Notes under the pieces: model-generated
What the model was told of the DNA's origin: nothing
Databases searched by the model: none
The model's input: the letters and a program-made list of their open reading frames with translations, nothing else
Position numbers and translations under genes: made by a program
Shown: positions 59,542 to 64,000 of the stretch, piece after piece
How the letters are laid out: the number at the start of each line of letters is the position of its first letter
Position numbering within the stretch: the stretch's first letter is position 1
Assembly (NCBI GenBank): GCA_043228905.1
Contig: JBHGNT010000011.1
Location: 9,796,001 to 9,860,000 of the forward strand
Source of the DNA: Azolla caroliniana
Taxonomy: Eukaryota; Plantae; Polypodiophyta
Length of the DNA: 64,000 nucleotides
Reading direction: 5' to 3'

Positions 59542-60864
59542 TTATTTGTGTAATGGTAGATTGATTTTACCATTCTTGTCAAATCTAAGGTTGAAAGGTT
59601 TTGTCCCTTGATTAGATTGTTGATACAGTGAACCTTGCCACGGTTTTGACCTTCTTCTCAATTGATCATAATTAGGTGCATAAGACACCCCTATAGGATC
59701 TTTAGAGGAGCTACCCCTCTCTTGGCCATAATGTTCATGAACCTTCTCTTTTTGGTGCCTTGGATGATTGACCTTAGAGACCACCTTAATCCAAGACCCA
59801 TCATCATCTAATAAGTCTTGTCTTCTTTCTTCAATATATTTGTCTTTATGTTCCAAAATAGCGACGACACCTTTACCTTTGTCAACATTTGGTTCTTTAG
59901 TTTTTGGCACCTCATTGTCCTTTGTGACATACTCTGGAATTAACACATCACCATGGGAAGTATTAGTCATCTCTACTACCGGTGTTTGTGGACATTCTGC
60001 CATGAAATGACCCAAACCACCACATCGGAAGCAATGACCGGCAAATGATCCCCAATGCAATTGGCAACGGAATGATCTCATCTCCTCAATTTTTATGTTT
60101 AGCCACAAAGGTCTCTTTTTAGTTGTATTCCACAACATACATAGCTTATATCTATTATATGCTTTGGCGTTTGGGGCTACTATCACCTTTCCCAATTGTT
60201 CCATTACACCTTGAATTATAGGCCACAAAAAAGAAAATTTACACTCTACTTCCACCCATATTGGACACTCTTGTTTTAAAATTTCTTGAAATTCAGCTAG
60301 CGGTCGCCAAGGGACAATATACACTAAATTACTATTATAAAAGACTAGCACACGCAATAATAATCTATCTCGTTGTTCTTCGGTTTGAAACACCACCTCA
60401 AAAAAACCTCGCGGACCTTTATACACATCTTCCACGTTGGTCCTACCTACCATTGCATTTAACCATTGAGCCACCCAATGTACCAAAGGAATTTTTCTCG
60501 TAAAGAAGCAAATAATGCCTCTCTCATGAAACATGGAAAACGCCTTTAAAATTTCCCTACGTGGCATCTCCACCTCTACGATCTTATCCTCTTCTGTGTT
60601 GGCCACCATCTCTATATCATCTGGTAAAATCTCATGGAGAGCTTCATTGGCAACTACATGCATCACTTCCCAGTAATGATCATTCCTCTTCTCCTCACCT
60701 TCTCCCATAACATGTACATAGGATGGTTTTGATAACATCTCTATATCCTCCTCATGCATATTATTAGTTCCAATCTTTTGTTTCTTCACAATAACATCAT
60801 CTTCTCCTTCTTCCCTTTGGCTCTGTATTTGTTTTGCATTTGTACATGCATCCATCTCTTCCAT
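59542..60864 (-). CDS. LINE ORF1 (plant L1 ORF1-like, zinc knuckle)
   Basis: 440-aa ORF directly upstream of ORF2 with CPIWVE and CFRCGGLGHFMAEC; the stop may be premature. Confidence 0.8.
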   Translation of the reverse strand: MEEMDACTNAKQIQSQREEGEDDVIVKKQKIGTNNMHEEDIEMLSKPSYVHVMGEGEEKRNDHYWEVMHVVANEALHEILPDDIEMVANTEEDKIVEVEMPRREILKAFSMFHERGIICFFTRKIPLVHWVAQWLNAMVGRTNVEDVYKGPRGFFEVVFQTEEQRDRLLLRVLVFYNSNLVYIVPWRPLAEFQEILKQECPIWVEVECKFSFLWPIIQGVMEQLGKVIVAPNAKAYNRYKLCMLWNTTKKRPLWLNIKIEEMRSFRCQLHWGSFAGHCFRCGGLGHFMAECPQTPVVEMTNTSHGDVLIPEYVTKDNEVPKTKEPNVDKGKGVVAILEHKDKYIEERRQDLLDDDGSWIKVVSKVNHPRHQKEKVHEHYGQERGSSSKDPIGVSYAPNYDQLRRRSKPWQGSLYQQSNQGTKPFNLRFDKNGKINLPLHK

Positions 60865-60971
60865 AGATTCTATGGTCCAATTAGAGCAAAAAGAACAATA
60901 ATAGGATGATAATTAACCTGGAATCGACAATATGACATCCGAATTGTTGGTAGAAGAAAAATGTTGCAGCA

Positions 60972-61114
60972 CTCTCCAAATTATGTTGATGTAGTCGTGC
61001 CTCCTCCTTTTCCTCTCCAAATTATGTTGATGTAATTGTGCCTCCTCCTTTTCCTCTCCAAATTATGTTGATGTAATTGTGCCTCCTCCTCTTCCTCTTG
61101 AAATTATGTTGATG
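60972..61114. repeat. 41-bp tandem repeat x3.5 in the putative LINE 5' UTR
   Basis: CTCTCCAAATTATGTTGATGTA(G/A)T(C/T)GTGCCTCCTCCTTTTC starts at 60972, 61013, 61054 and (partial) 61095. Confidence 0.9.
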
Positions 61115-61193
61115 AAACTCTTCTCTACTTCCCTCCTCTTCTTTCTTCTCTCTGCCTCTGTCTCTGACTCTATTCTTCTTCTTCTTCTTTTTT

Positions 61194-61232
<39 letters not shown>

Positions 61233-61799
61233 AGAGACCCTGTACTCTCTCGCTCTCTCCCAAACTTGGTAGCGCTTCCATGTCTCTAACTTTCCCCTTG
61301 GGAGGGGTATTTTTAATATTATACAACACTTTCAATTTCTCCCCCTCAACAGGATAAATAATAATAATAATAATAAATTAAACCAACCTTCGAGTTTGAC
61401 CGAAGGTTTCCTTCAACTCCAACCACCATCCTCGACTTCCGGTGATGTCGACGTCTACTCACCACTTGCACAACCGCTTGCTGCTATCGTTGCCACCTAC
61501 TACGACATTGATAGCCTTCGTATCGCCATTGTCGTTGTTGGTTGCCTCCATAAATAATTAATTAATATATAATAATACAAATTTAGTAAAAATAGTAAAT
61601 AATATATATAATAGATCAAAAAGTAAATAAGTAAATAAATAATTAGTAAATAAAATAAACCATAATAATGTTTAAATATTAATATAAAGAAATCATACTA
61701 AAAGGATAATAATAATAGTAGTAATAATAATAAAATAGAATTAATAATTAATTGGTAAAAAAATTATAATGTTAATAGCAATAATATTATAAGTAATCA

Positions 61800-62580
61800 A
61801 GTGCGAACAAGTGACAACATGATGTTAGGGTAGCTTAAAGGCCTAGTGTGGGGAAAGCTCGCGTAGACAGGGCTCCATTCTATAGGCGATTGGAGACACA
61901 TGGTGGCTCCAAGAGGAGCACAAGAGGACCCATTCCCTCCTCTCAAGGAAGCTATGAAAATGAGGAAATTGATAGGAGAGGCAGTTGACAAGGTTCCGGT
62001 GGTGGATGTGAGAGGAGATACATGGTTCAATCTCTTTGACGAGGTTGGAACAGTTAATTTGTTGAAGGGCTTGAGCGGATCTGGAGGAGCTACATTATTT
62101 GGGGAGAGCCAAAGTAGGAGCACTTGGCATCCAATCCAAGTGGTGGCGCAGGCTGGTAACAACTAGAGTACGAACCCTGATGTTGCTAAGGTGGAACCCC
62201 ACTAGAAGTTGTGGGTCTATGGTCGTCATCCCCTCGTAGAACTAGAATGGAACCCAAGGGATTTCAAGTGGAAACACTACGGTAGATTACACCATTTCTT
62301 AGATTATGTAACACTAAATTGGGTCGAGCTTCACAACTATAGTTGGACGGTCCCCTACACAATGGTTGGCAGACATTAGGTATCCCTAACGAGGTGTTTA
62401 GTACCTTTTGGAAAGGTCTTTGGTGTCTCCATGTGCTTGAGAAGATCAAGCTATTTTGGTGTTTAGTACCTTTTGGAAAGGTCTCTGGTGTCTCCATGTG
62501 CTTGAGAAGATCAAGCTATTTTGGTGGTAGATCGACCATAACGTCATCCCATGGCTAGGTAAACGTTGTGGTCTAATAGC
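61800..62580 (+). pseudogene. Probable fragment of a second L1 ORF2 C-terminal region, with a 65-bp tandem duplication (62393-62522)
   Basis: FSTFWKGLWCLHVLEKIKLFW resembles the L1 zf-RVT region (W..LW....P.KIK.F.W). Confidence 0.55.
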
Positions 62581-64000
62581 TGTTATGATATGGCAAGACT
62601 CGAACCCATGACATTATGTGACATGGGTCGAGTTCTTGGCCATTACACTATCTATTGTAATACGTAAGATATTCTTTTTATTTTTATTTTACTATAGAAA
62701 ATTAATGTATATTCCAGATTTCTCTGGAACATTCTAGAAGCTTCAGGACTACTCCTGAGAACACTATAAAAGGAGGCACAAGGCATTATTTCGAACCAAA
62801 TCGGTTCAACGCCAGTCTTAAGCCTCCTAGCCTTCTTTGTATATTCTTCTCACATAATATATCACTGTCATCGTCATTTTCTCTCCCTCGATCTCTCACT
62901 CACTCACTCTCACTCACTCACTCACTCTCTCTCCCGCTCTCTCTCTCTCTCTCTCTCTCTCTCCTTCTCTTGAGTGTTCTACACCCTCTATTCCTCTTAG
63001 TACTAATATTCCTCTCTTAGTACTAATTTCTTCTCTGTCTCAGTACTATTCCTAACAGTTGGAACCGATTTCCCTCCTTCCGTCTCCTCCTTTCCTCCTC
63101 TTCCTTTTATCTTCTTACATATCCCCTTTTTTCATGTCTTTTTTCCAATTTCCCTCATCTTCTTACCCCTTTTTTCCCTTCATACTAATCCTCTTATCCT
63201 CCCTAGTAAAATGGAAATTGTTAGCGCTCAGGAATACCAATTTGTTTTCTTGGAGCTCCAGTGCTTAAAAGAGAAATTTGTAGTACTAGAACAAGAAAAT
63301 CACCGTTTGTTGGGGGATCTTCAACAAATAGCGCTGGAAAAACAACAACACGGGGAGCTGACGTTACGTGTACAACAACTTGAAGCGACTATTGTATCAC
63401 TACAACAACAAGGATCAAGCACTCAAGGGATTCACAAAGAACCTAAGATCGGTCTTCCTGCAAAATTTGATGGGACCCGATCAAAGTTTAGAGGTTTTCT
63501 GAATCAGGTACGTTTAGTGATTCAAATGCATCCTTCTCAATATCCCACCGAGGCATCACGAGTGGGACTAGTAGGCACTCTACTTAATGGCTCAGCATTG
63601 GCATGGTTCGCTCCGTTGTTAGAAAAGGAATCTCCATTACTAAACAATTTTGAAGAATTTATAAGTGAGTTTAAAGCCTGTTTTGGAGATACTAATAGCA
63701 TAAGGACAACAATCAACAAAATCCAACGATTACACCAAGTTGATCGTCCAGCCTCCGCATACGTTGCAGATTTCCGCCTACTCGCCATCGATATCCCTTG
63801 GGATGATCAAGCATTGATGGAGCAATTTCGTTATGGTTTACGCAACGATGTCAAGGATTTACTCTTGACCTTCCTCGAAGAACCAAAGTCATTAACATAA
63901 GCAATCAGTCATGCGGTGAGATGCGACAACCATCTTTTCGAATGATGTTTGGAACGGCAATTCCAGATGCCGAGGGCAAGATCAGAGCCCACCTACGCCT
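62581..64000 (+). mobile_element. Third Tcn1-like chromovirus copy: 5' LTR 62581-63057 and gag 63211-63900 with a premature stop; runs off the window
   Basis: LTR and gag are close homologues of 43450-45115. Confidence 0.93.

Larger units (their letters stand above)
55070..61260 (-). mobile_element. L1-clade LINE, near full length, decayed; 5' end approximate
   Basis: ORF1, ORF2 (EN-RT-zf), and an A-rich tail seen as T-runs at ~55074-55102. Confidence 0.9.

Overview
Eukaryotic, plant-type genomic DNA. The transposon mix (Tcn1-like chromoviruses, fungal-like gypsy RTs, an RTEX/L2-like LINE) suggests a non-seed land plant such as a fern, lycophyte or bryophyte; this is an inference. Most of the window is nested retrotransposons. 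One host gene is present: a five-coding-exon Yippee-like (YPEL) gene on the minus strand (37038-38799, 127 aa). The elements resolved with LTR/TSD/PBS/PPT evidence are: three Ty1/copia elements (one with an intact 1357-aa ORF); three Tcn1-like chromoviruses (one with intact gag and pol); a tRNA-Trp-primed gypsy group (one decayed autonomous copy, one gag-only derivative, two solo LTRs); a tRNA-Ala-primed short-LTR gypsy; further solo LTRs; and two to three LINEs. Four observations stand out. (1) tRNA-derived A-box/B-box (Pol III/TFIIIC-type) cassettes with tRNA spacing are embedded in the LTRs of several otherwise dissimilar gypsy families. (2) One gypsy group has 4-bp target sites that are all centred on CpG, inside other retroelements. 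(3) Three gypsy families carry -1 frameshift heptamer plus pseudoknot signals, one of them between protease and RT. (4) The chromoviruses show Tf1-like self-priming complementarity. All alignments and counts were done by eye.
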